64,000 nucleotides of DNA. Source: Bacilli bacterium (lineage in GTDB: Bacteria; Bacillota_I; Bacilli_A; RF39; UBA660). The position numbers and the translations under genes were made by a program. The notes below the pieces were generated by a model that was not told where the DNA came from, ran no database searches, and worked only from the letters and a program-made list of their open reading frames with translations. Below are positions 9,691 through 17,635 of the stretch, one piece after another. The stretch covers positions 410 to 64,409 of the forward strand of contig CAADYO010000001.1 in NCBI GenBank assembly GCA_900753325.1, given 5' to 3'. Positions within the stretch are counted from its first letter, which is position 1, and every line of letters begins with the position of its first letter.

Positions 9691-9767
9691 TGGTAGCCTG
9701 TACGGAATTCGAATCCGTGAATGTTGCCTTGAGAGGGCAATGTGTTAAGCCACTTCACCAACAGGCC
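9691..9767 (-). tRNA. tRNA-Glu (anticodon CTC)
   Basis: The reverse complement GGCCTGTTGGTGAAGTGGCTTAACACATTGCCCTCTCAAGGCAACATTCACGGATTCGAATTCCGTACAGGCTACCA folds as a cloverleaf. The anticodon stem is TTGCC/GGCAA with loop CTCTCAA. T-loop is TTCGAAT and the CCA end is encoded. Confidence 0.85.
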
Positions 9768-9798
9768 AATTAATAGTTCTCATTTGTAGAACATATTA

Positions 9799-9827
9799 AT
9801 TTTATCATAGTTAATTTGTTTTGACAA
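9799..9827 (-). promoter_or_regulatory. Candidate promoter of the solitary tRNA-Glu
   Basis: On the minus strand, TTGTCA (9822..9827), a 17-nt spacer, then TGATAAAAT extended -10 (TAAAAT at 9799..9804). Confidence 0.5.
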
Positions 9828-9854
9828 TATATCAATTGGCTTTTCTCACGATTT

Positions 9855-10133
9855 TTATTTTCTTAATCTTAAGTCTTTTACTAGTATTTGTTTTTTTCCA
9901 CATAAAACGCAAGATTGCTCTATGTCTTGCATTTCAAGACTGAAGCTAAATACTTGCTGCATACCAATTGGTTTCATTGTATATGTTTTTATATTTCTAT
10001 TTGAACTGCTAGTAACAAACAAATGGTCCTCTTCACTTTTACATATTTTAATACCTAAACTTTCTTCAACAGTTTTTCCTCCACTCTTATGAGCTACTAT
10101 TAAATCTAATATTTCTTTATTTATATCTTTCAT
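9855..10133 (-). CDS. Hypothetical protein (92 aa)
   Basis: AAAGGACGTGA RBS and its own TATAAT box upstream. Contains a C-terminal CVLCGKK. No family recognised. Confidence 0.5.
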   Translation of the reverse strand: MKDINKEILDLIVAHKSGGKTVEESLGIKICKSEEDHLFVTSSSNRNIKTYTMKPIGMQQVFSFSLEMQDIEQSCVLCGKKQILVKDLRLRK

Positions 10134-10170
10134 ATAGAAATCACGTCCTTTAATTTGAATTTATTATAGT

Positions 10171-10198
10171 AGAAAAAAGAAAAACTGTCTAGTTTTTC
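10171..10198 (-). terminator. Intrinsic terminator after murC
   Basis: GAAAAACT-AGAC-AGTTTTTC hairpin on the minus strand, overlapping the murC stop codon and followed by TTTTTTCT. Confidence 0.6.
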
Positions 10199-11499
10199 TT
10201 TATAATTTTCTTATATGCGTTAATTAGTCCATCTACATAGGCACAGCCCATAAAGCAGACAACTGAATCTTTTTCATTCTCTAATTTATCTATAGTTTCT
10301 TCGCTGATTATCTCACTGCCTTTTAAGTTATCTACAATAATACTTGAGGTAACTCCTGGATAATCCTCTTGCTTTTCTCTATTACACTCTATTTCAGTTA
10401 AGTAGACTTTGTCAGCTATTTTTAGAGCATTTATAAAATCATCTTTGAAGTCTTTTGTTCTTGAATAAGTATTTGGCTTAAATACTACTACTAACCGTTT
10501 ATTTGGATATTTTTGTCTAACAGCTTCTAGAGTAACTTTAATTTCAGTAGGATGATGAGCATAGTCATCAATGATTATACTATTATCTACTTTTTCGATG
10601 GCAAAACGACGTTTGGCATTGTGAAATGTTTTTAATAACTTCTCTATTGTGTCTTTTTCTAATCCTATTTCTTTAACCATAACAATAGCAGCTGTTGCAT
10701 CCATTACCATATGCTTACCATATAATGGAATTGTAAAATGACCATATAGTTTGTCATTTATATATAAATCAAATGATGAACCAGTTTCTTCTAATAAAAC
10801 ATTTTTTATTACTATATCATTATTCTCATTAAAACCATAGAATAAAACTTTAGTTTTATAATTAATTTTTCTTACTTCTTCATTATCCCCGTTAGCAATT
10901 ACCATTTTTTTAGTTTGATTGGCAAATATTTCAAATGTATTTCTAATGTCATCAATATCCTTGTAACATTCTAAATGTTCCGCTTCGATATTAGTAATTA
11001 TGGAGTATGTTGGATGATAAGCTGTAAAATGACGATTAAATTCATCACTTTCTACAACATAATACTTATTATCTTTTATAGCGTAGCCGTCTCCTGCTCC
11101 AATAAAGTAATTGCAACCGACTGTTTCTTCTAATAAGTGTCTTATTAGAGAAGATGTTGTTGTTTTGCCATGTGTTCCTGAAACACCAATTGTTTCAAAC
11201 ATGTCAATTACATCACCCATAATTTCATTGTATTTTTTAATGGTTAATCCTAAGCTTTTAACTCTTTGAATTTCTTTATGATCTTCTTTAAAAGCAGCAC
11301 TATAAGTAACAACTGTATCTTTACTTAATTCATGATTTTCATCATAGTAAATGGGAATATTTCTTTCCTCTAATCCATCTTGCGTGAATTTATGCCCTTT
11401 GGCATCATCATATCCAGACACTTCATTACCTAAATCACTTAATATTTGAGCCAAAGTTGACATCCCGGTACCTTTAATACCAATACAATAATATTTCAT
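10189..11499 (-). CDS. murC: UDP-N-acetylmuramate--L-alanine ligase
   Basis: N-terminal IGIKGTGMSTLAQIL, GTHGKTTT P-loop and DDYAHHP motif, as in Mur ligases of MurC type. Confidence 0.95.
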   Translation of the reverse strand: MKYYCIGIKGTGMSTLAQILSDLGNEVSGYDDAKGHKFTQDGLEERNIPIYYDENHELSKDTVVTYSAAFKEDHKEIQRVKSLGLTIKKYNEIMGDVIDMFETIGVSGTHGKTTTSSLIRHLLEETVGCNYFIGAGDGYAIKDNKYYVVESDEFNRHFTAYHPTYSIITNIEAEHLECYKDIDDIRNTFEIFANQTKKMVIANGDNEEVRKINYKTKVLFYGFNENNDIVIKNVLLEETGSSFDLYINDKLYGHFTIPLYGKHMVMDATAAIVMVKEIGLEKDTIEKLLKTFHNAKRRFAIEKVDNSIIIDDYAHHPTEIKVTLEAVRQKYPNKRLVVVFKPNTYSRTKDFKDDFINALKIADKVYLTEIECNREKQEDYPGVTSSIIVDNLKGSEIISEETIDKLENEKDSVVCFMGCAYVDGLINAYKKIIKKN

Positions 11500-11581
11500 T
11501 TTTATACTCCTTACTAGTTATTAGTATACAATATTTTTAATATTTAGTAAATATTTCAATTAATTTCATTTTTATCAAAAA

Positions 11582-11601
11582 AAGATTGAAATTTCAATCT
11601 T
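11582..11601. terminator. Palindromic hairpin terminator
   Basis: AAGATTGAAATTTCAATCTT is a perfect palindrome flanked by A and T runs, immediately after the stop of the zinc-ribbon gene. Confidence 0.6.
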
Positions 11602-11602
11602 T

Positions 11603-11782
11603 TTAGTTTTCTTTAGCAACTTCTTTGCTATTTCTAGCTGCTTTTCTTTTATCACGGCATTCTTTACATCTTTTAGGTTCATTATCTAAACCTTTTTCTT
11701 TGTAGAAAGCCTGTTCTCCAGCAGTAAAAACAAATTCTTTGCCACAATCTTGGCAAACTAGTGTTTTGTCAGTAAATTCCAT
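11603..11782 (-). CDS. Small zinc-ribbon protein (59 aa, below the ORF-track cutoff)
   Basis: GGAGGAAAAAGC precedes the ATG. The product MEFTDKTLVCQDCGKEFVFTAGEQAFYKEKGLDNEPKRCKECRDKRKAARNSKEVAKEN has CxxC...CxxC motifs, a pattern I recognise from small clostridial zinc-ribbon proteins. Confidence 0.75.
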   Translation of the reverse strand: MEFTDKTLVCQDCGKEFVFTAGEQAFYKEKGLDNEPKRCKECRDKRKAARNSKEVAKEN

Positions 11783-11952
11783 GCTTTTTCCTCCTTATCA
11801 TAGATTGGACTTAGTATAAAGGTCTCTAGTTTCCAAATTTAATAACGAGGAAAATTAACAGCCAATTTTATATAAAATCCAGTGATTTCTCACAATTAAT
11901 AATATATCATTTTTAATAAATTTATGCAATGTGTAGATGCCAATTTTACATT

Positions 11953-12678
11953 TTATAAAGCAATTTTTACTTTTTGATAAGCTTCTCTACTGTCTTTTAC
12001 AGTTTTTATTTTTTGGTGAGACATATGCTCTATTTCATAAATTGCTAAAGCAAAATATGCGGCAAAGTCGTCACTTGTACCAGTTTTTAAGGCTTTATGA
12101 AGACGATACATGGCTAGTGATGGTATTTTTCCTGTTATGTTTTCTCCAAAACTAGTAATTAAAGCTGCAGTTAGTATAGAAGTCATTGTTCTTATGTATA
12201 ATTGTTCTTCTGGTATTGTTGTATCAATAAGACTTAATTCTAAATCTATTAAACTTAATTTATCTGAAAATAAGATGTTATCTCCACCGATATCTTCTGT
12301 TTTTATATGATGCTTAGATAGCGTTCTTATTTCTGGTTTTATTCCAGCTATGGAGTCTTTTAATACTTCTATATCAGTTCCTTCATCTATGTCTTCTAAA
12401 CTTTTACCTGGCATTATAAATGAGGTATATCCATATAACTCATTTGCGGAAGCAAAAATTTCTTGTGGAACAGCAATTGATGGTGTATTTTTAACTTTTT
12501 GTAGTGCTTGTAATGTTTCTAATACCTCCATGTTCTCTTTCTCATTTAAATCACGATAGTCACTATTCAATAATTTTAAATATTTATTTTCTGAATAACG
12601 ATAAATTGTGCTACAACTACCAGAGGCAACTTTATCGGTTAATGGTAATTCTTTTATAGATTTAATAATTTTTTCCAT
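11953..12678 (-). CDS. Small protein-kinase-like fold protein (241 aa)
   Basis: Gly-rich loop ASGSCSTIYRY, then YLKLL, a catalytic-loop-like EDIGGDNILF (D..x4..N), and LIDLE in the DFG position. Confidence 0.5.
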   Translation of the reverse strand: MEKIIKSIKELPLTDKVASGSCSTIYRYSENKYLKLLNSDYRDLNEKENMEVLETLQALQKVKNTPSIAVPQEIFASANELYGYTSFIMPGKSLEDIDEGTDIEVLKDSIAGIKPEIRTLSKHHIKTEDIGGDNILFSDKLSLIDLELSLIDTTIPEEQLYIRTMTSILTAALITSFGENITGKIPSLAMYRLHKALKTGTSDDFAAYFALAIYEIEHMSHQKIKTVKDSREAYQKVKIAL

Positions 12679-12747
12679 ACTATCCCTCTTTTTATTAGGG
12701 ACATATTATAACACAAAACTATCAAAAAATAAAGCTTTTAAAGAGTT

Positions 12748-13362
12748 TTATTGTTGTTTAGTATTAAGCCTTTCAACTTTTGAGTAGATACAACCACAGT
12801 AATCTTGACGATATAAATTATATTTTTTTGATAATTCTATACTTCTTTGATAGCCATTTTTCTTTTTAAAATCTGAATATAAGTAATTAGTTTGATATTT
12901 GCTTGATAAATTATTACCTATTTCATTAATCCAGTCTGTCTTTTTGTAAGGACTTAACGTTAGGGTTGTTGCAAAGAAGTCGTAATTCTTTTCCTTAGCT
13001 ACTTTTGCAGTTTCTTCTAGGCGCAGTTTATAACATTCGTAGCAACGCTTACCTCTTTCTTTTTCTTTTTCTAATCCTTTGGCAATGGTATAGAACTCTT
13101 GTGGATCATATCTGGTATCTATAATATTTATAGGATATTTTGTTTTTATTTTTTTGATAAAGTTTTTTAATTCTTCTAAACGTTTTAAATATTCTTTTTC
13201 TTCAGTTATGTTTGGGTTGTAGTAAATAATTGTTATTTTAAAAAAACTACTTAGTCTTTCTAAAACGGCTGATGAACATGGTGCACAACAAGCGTGCAGT
13301 AAAAGAGTTGAACCAGTTTTAATATTTTTTAATTGCTCTTCCATTAATTTATTATAATTCAT
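12748..13362 (-). CDS. queH: Epoxyqueuosine reductase QueH (DUF208)
   Basis: LLLHACCAPCSS N-terminal Cys cluster, C-terminal DYCGC, about 200 aa. Confidence 0.85.
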   Translation of the reverse strand: MNYNKLMEEQLKNIKTGSTLLLHACCAPCSSAVLERLSSFFKITIIYYNPNITEEKEYLKRLEELKNFIKKIKTKYPINIIDTRYDPQEFYTIAKGLEKEKERGKRCYECYKLRLEETAKVAKEKNYDFFATTLTLSPYKKTDWINEIGNNLSSKYQTNYLYSDFKKKNGYQRSIELSKKYNLYRQDYCGCIYSKVERLNTKQQ

Positions 13363-13498
13363 ATTATCAATCCTTTTCTTGATTTAAGTTTTCTTGGCGT
13401 GTTCATGTTAACATATTTCTAATCTTTTGTCAAAATATGATTTGATATTAATTTTATATTGTTAGGCATATTTTTTTGTTTTTGGTATATAAATTAGT

Positions 13499-14245
13499 AT
13501 GAATAAAATTATGTTTAGCTTTTTAATTACTACTTTAGCTGGTTTTGCAACGCTACTTGGCGTTATACCGTGTTATTTGAATAAGTCTAGGGAAAATATT
13601 ATTAGTAAATCTTTAGCTTTTTCGGCTGGGGTGATGATTACGATTTCTCTTACTTCTTTAATACCTGAATCAGTTTTTTTACTCTACTCTAAATATACAA
13701 ATATATTTATATTTTTAATAGTGTTTATTTTTGTGGTACTGGGAATTATTTTTTCTAGTTCTGTTGATAAAAAGCTTGAAGAAAACTTTTCAACCAATAA
13801 ACTTTATAAGTTGGGTTTGATTTCGGTAATTGCTTTAGCACTACATAATATTCCGGAGGGTATTACTACGTTTATTTCAACTAATAGTAATATTATACTT
13901 GGTATTACTTTATCTCTTGCCATTGCTCTACATAATATTCCAGAAGGAATCTCTATTGCAGTTCCAATATATTATGCTACTTATAGTCGCAAGAAAGCTT
14001 TTTGGTATACTTTTTTATCTGGCTTTTCAGAATTACTAGGAGCAGTTCTAGCATATTTATTTATAGCTAGATATATAAATGATTTTATTTTAGCTTTAAT
14101 TCTTGGGATTACGGCTGGTATAATGATACATATTAGTATTTATGAATTGCTTCCAAATTCTTGGCAATATAAAAAGAAAAAAGCAACAATGGTTTCTTTT
14201 TTCTTGGGAGTATTAGTTATGCTAATATGTGATTACTTGATTTAG
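13499..14245 (+). CDS. zupT: ZIP-family zinc/metal transporter
   Basis: Two HNIPEG motifs (ALALHNIPEGITTF, AIALHNIPEGISIA) in a polytopic membrane protein. Confidence 0.9.
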   Translation: MNKIMFSFLITTLAGFATLLGVIPCYLNKSRENIISKSLAFSAGVMITISLTSLIPESVFLLYSKYTNIFIFLIVFIFVVLGIIFSSSVDKKLEENFSTNKLYKLGLISVIALALHNIPEGITTFISTNSNIILGITLSLAIALHNIPEGISIAVPIYYATYSRKKAFWYTFLSGFSELLGAVLAYLFIARYINDFILALILGITAGIMIHISIYELLPNSWQYKKKKATMVSFFLGVLVMLICDYLI

Positions 14246-15852
14246 TCATCAATACTATCACAATGATATTTTATGATTGAGCCACGTGCTGTTTCTACCT
14301 TGGTTTTTTCGGATTCACACCAGCTTGGACATAAAATAGTATCAGTAGATGCATTATAATGAGCAGAACAATCGCCATCATCTTCTTCAATACGCCTTTC
14401 AATATTAGAAATTCTATATCCAGTTTCGGTTGTTTCTTGATCATATAAATATATTTTAGAAAAATTTGTCATTAATTTTCTTATAGTTTCATCACTAGCA
14501 CAAATTTTCATACTATTGTTAAATTCTTCTGTTGAATAGTTTTTAATAGTATTTTTCTTTAAATCATTAAATAACTCCTTCATTTGTTCCAAATGATTAT
14601 TTGAATTATCTAAATATACATAATACTCTCGCATATCAAAATCATAATTTACATCATATGTAATGTTAAAATATTTTGGAGATTTATATTTTATTTTTAT
14701 ATCATTTAGATTCATAGTATTATCTACTACAATTTCAAAGTTATGTGGATAATAATTAGTTATTAACATGTTATCTTTATATGTTAACTTGATTTCATTT
14801 TGTTTAATGTCTTTATCGGTATAATTTACTACATTTATGTTTTTAAAGCCAAGTATAAATATTCCAAAACCGATGCCTGTTACTATTATTGATCCAAGAA
14901 TTATTAAAGCTGGTATTTCTGGCTTTATCTTTTTGTTTATGATGTAATAAATCATTATAATAAGTAAAACTACAATGGCAACTGTAATACCAAATATACT
15001 GATTGTTGCTCCAGCAAATATTGTAGAATAACAGGCTAAAGATATACTAACAACTAAACCTATTAGAGCTAATATTAAAGTAAATATTAAAAATAGACCA
15101 ACAAGAGCTATAAATAATTTAAAAATAAATATTACTATTTTTGATAAGATTGTAAGAAAAGCATATGGTTCTTTAGTTGGATCTCTCAAGATTATTTTTG
15201 TGTCCTTTTCTGATACTATTTTTGGCTCCTTTTTTTCTTTAAAATCTTTACCTTTTTCTTCTTTTTTGTTCTCTGTTTTACGATTTTCTTCTATTAGTAC
15301 TTCATCATAGTAATTTAAGTAACGTATTTTAAAGATATGAATAATTATTATTAGAGATAAAATAAACCAAATTATCTGACATATTCCTTTTAAAATATTA
15401 TAGACTGTATAATAACTTCCATTTAAAATAAAATCTACTATTTTACAAATCATCGATGGAATCATACTAGAGAGTATAAAACCGACTATTGCTAAAACAG
15501 CAATTAGAAAAAGCTGTTCAAAAAAACATTTTATAATGTTTGATGCCTTCATACGAAAAAACATATTAATTGTTTTAGTAAGAAAATCTAGTAATGAATC
15601 TAGAGCAATATTTAAATTATTCTTTTCTTTACGTTCTACTTCTTCTATTTCAGTAACATTATCATTTATTAAGTCATCCATACTACAATTAAAAATATTA
15701 CATATTTGAACAATTTTATCTGTTTCTGGATAAGTGTTGTTACTTTCCCATTTTGATACAGATTGTCTGGATACATTTAATTTGTTAGCTAGGTCTTCTT
15801 GTGATAAGCCATGTTTTTTTCTTAGTTTGATGAGTTTATCACCAAATTTCAT
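14242..15852 (-). CDS. Membrane-bound XRE-family one-component regulator (BcrR-like architecture) with a large extracytoplasmic C-terminal domain
   Basis: N-terminal HTH KLIKLRKKHGLSQEDLANKLNVSRQSVSKWESNNTYPETDKIVQICNIFNCSMDDL, about six TM helices, then a roughly 200-aa Cys-containing C-terminal domain. Confidence 0.8.
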   Translation of the reverse strand: MKFGDKLIKLRKKHGLSQEDLANKLNVSRQSVSKWESNNTYPETDKIVQICNIFNCSMDDLINDNVTEIEEVERKEKNNLNIALDSLLDFLTKTINMFFRMKASNIIKCFFEQLFLIAVLAIVGFILSSMIPSMICKIVDFILNGSYYTVYNILKGICQIIWFILSLIIIIHIFKIRYLNYYDEVLIEENRKTENKKEEKGKDFKEKKEPKIVSEKDTKIILRDPTKEPYAFLTILSKIVIFIFKLFIALVGLFLIFTLILALIGLVVSISLACYSTIFAGATISIFGITVAIVVLLIIMIYYIINKKIKPEIPALIILGSIIVTGIGFGIFILGFKNINVVNYTDKDIKQNEIKLTYKDNMLITNYYPHNFEIVVDNTMNLNDIKIKYKSPKYFNITYDVNYDFDMREYYVYLDNSNNHLEQMKELFNDLKKNTIKNYSTEEFNNSMKICASDETIRKLMTNFSKIYLYDQETTETGYRISNIERRIEEDDGDCSAHYNASTDTILCPSWCESEKTKVETARGSIIKYHCDSIDD

Positions 15853-15891
15853 ATTTTTTCACCTCTTTCGCTATTAATAATACGATAATTA

Positions 15892-15926
15892 TTGGTTGCA
15901 TTCTACCAACTTCGCTTGGAAATTTG
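15892..15926 (-). promoter_or_regulatory. Conserved promoter/operator element, copy A (upstream of the XRE membrane regulator)
   Basis: Plus-strand TTGGTTGCATTCTACCAACTTCGCTTGGAAATTTG matches 25796..25830 at 32 of 35 positions. On the minus strand it contains TAGAAT (15900..15905) with TTTACA 19 nt upstream. Confidence 0.55.
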
Positions 15927-15965
15927 TAAACTTCAAGTTGCTTTTTATATATAATAACAGATTTA

Positions 15966-15998
15966 CAAAATAAAAAGCAAACATTTGAATATGTTTAC
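15966..15998 (-). terminator. Intrinsic terminator after the heptad-repeat protein gene
   Basis: Minus-strand GTAAACAT-ATTCAA-ATGTTTGC hairpin followed by TTTTTATTTTG. Confidence 0.55.
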
Positions 15999-16011
15999 TT
16001 TAATTATTTTT

Positions 16012-17634
16012 TTACTTAGTAGCTGATTTTATTTTATAAATGAATGTTGAATTAGTTGCATTGTTAGAACCATATCCATTATAATTTTTTGATAATCTTA
16101 CTAAAGTTTTTAATTTATTAGAATAATTACTTGCTGTTTGTCCATATGCTGTTAATTTATTTATTCCTTCTTTATTTAATTGGTCAAGTCCAGAGGCTAA
16201 ACTTTCAGTACCATTAAATACTTCAACTGTACCGTCTGATAATTGTTTAGCTCCAGCAGTTAATTGAGCTACACCTGATTTTAATTCTGTTAAACCTCCA
16301 TTTATTTGTTCTGAACCTGTTTCTGCTTCATATAAAGCTTCTTCTAATTGATTTAACATAGAATCAACTGTTGCTACTGTACTATTAATTTTTTCTGTTA
16401 ATGTTGAAATTGCAGTGTTGTTATTTTCTAGTAAGATTAAATATGGTAAGTTTTTGGTTTGTTCTATTGTTACACCTTTACTTAACATACATAAACCTAA
16501 TTTGAATTCATTTTCTTCTGTTGTCATATTACATTCAACAGCTGCTTGTTTAGCATTATTTATTTTTTCTTCATCATTATTAAATTCTTTTTTTATTTTA
16601 GCTATCATTTTGTTATTGGCAGCTTGTAATTCTTGTAATTGTTTCATTTGTTCAACTGTTTCGGCATTACTTTGGGCAGCCATTAATTGTTGTTTAGCTG
16701 CAGTTAATTTAACAATAATTTCTTTAATACCTGAAGTTAAACTAACTGATCCTGCTTCTAGTTTATCAATACCAGCTTGAGCTTTTTCTAGATTAGCACT
16801 TAAAGTGTTAGCTCCGGAAGAAATTTGAGCAGTACCAGCTTTTAATTCATTAGCTCCGGCTACAGCTTTATCCATATTAACTTGTAAAGTATTTAGAGAA
16901 GTATTTAAAGTGTCCATTTTGTTGAATATATTCATATCACTTTCTGATAATAGTTTTGGAGAGGAAATTAAATATATATTATTTAATGTGAAGTTTGTAG
17001 TATCAAATGATATTTCTATATTATCTAGACCTTTTAATTCATTAACACCTAAGCTTTTATATAATCCAGGAGCAGCTATTGCTACTACCATACTTTTATT
17101 ACCAGTACTAGTTACTTTACCATTAGTAATAGTAATATTTGAATTAGTTTTATTACTTAAAGCTGTTCCAACTGTTACTACAAATGGTGTATATAAACCT
17201 GTTCTTGTATCATAAGCATTATTTTTTAAACTTAATTTAATAGTAACTTTTCCTTTTTTGCCTACTAATTTTTTTGCTGTCATTTCTTTACCATCTAGGT
17301 AGTATTTAGCATCTACTGTAATTGGTAATTCTTGATCAGTTGTACCTTGATAATAAATATCTTTTCCTTTGGCATTCCAAGTAATAATATTATTATCTTC
17401 AGTATAAGTCTCTTTACCATTGATATTTAGTAATTTTTTTAATTCAGTATCATCGTTTACTTTACCTTTATCTAAATCAGATATATGATTATTAACAATT
17501 GTCTTTTCTACTGTACCATTGTAATTAAGGTTTGCGTAAACTGTTTCTTCTTTAGTTAAAGCTAATGTTGATACTGGTGTAAATAATAGGCTTGATATTA
17601 ATACACCTGATATAACTTTATTTAAATTTTTCAT
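16012..17634 (-). CDS. Secreted protein with YhgE/Pip-type X-X-X-Leu-X-X-Gly heptad repeats
   Basis: Signal peptide MKNLNKVISGVLISSLLFTPVSTLA. Repeats include ANELKAGTAQISSGANTLSANLEKAQAGIDKLEAGSVSLTSGIKE and LTELKSGVAQLTAGAKQLSDGT. I prefer the ATG at 17634 (AGAGGGAG RBS) over the track start at 17658, which overlaps the MMPL gene. Confidence 0.7.
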   Translation of the reverse strand: MKNLNKVISGVLISSLLFTPVSTLALTKEETVYANLNYNGTVEKTIVNNHISDLDKGKVNDDTELKKLLNINGKETYTEDNNIITWNAKGKDIYYQGTTDQELPITVDAKYYLDGKEMTAKKLVGKKGKVTIKLSLKNNAYDTRTGLYTPFVVTVGTALSNKTNSNITITNGKVTSTGNKSMVVAIAAPGLYKSLGVNELKGLDNIEISFDTTNFTLNNIYLISSPKLLSESDMNIFNKMDTLNTSLNTLQVNMDKAVAGANELKAGTAQISSGANTLSANLEKAQAGIDKLEAGSVSLTSGIKEIIVKLTAAKQQLMAAQSNAETVEQMKQLQELQAANNKMIAKIKKEFNNDEEKINNAKQAAVECNMTTEENEFKLGLCMLSKGVTIEQTKNLPYLILLENNNTAISTLTEKINSTVATVDSMLNQLEEALYEAETGSEQINGGLTELKSGVAQLTAGAKQLSDGTVEVFNGTESLASGLDQLNKEGINKLTAYGQTASNYSNKLKTLVRLSKNYNGYGSNNATNSTFIYKIKSATK

Positions 17635-17635
17635 T

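Noticed and set aside
11783-11952. The roughly 170-nt region upstream of the small zinc-ribbon gene as a riboswitch or structured RNA.
   Set aside because: It is AT-rich with only a 4-bp GTGA/TCAC hairpin. I recognise no riboswitch consensus, and a TTGCAT-N17-TATATT promoter can account for part of it.
13405-13414. The ATGTTAACAT perfect palindrome between queH and zupT as a Zur box.
   Set aside because: It does not resemble the Zur/Fur-type consensus I know (TCGTAATnATTACGA-like), and 10-bp A/T palindromes are expected by chance in such AT-rich DNA.
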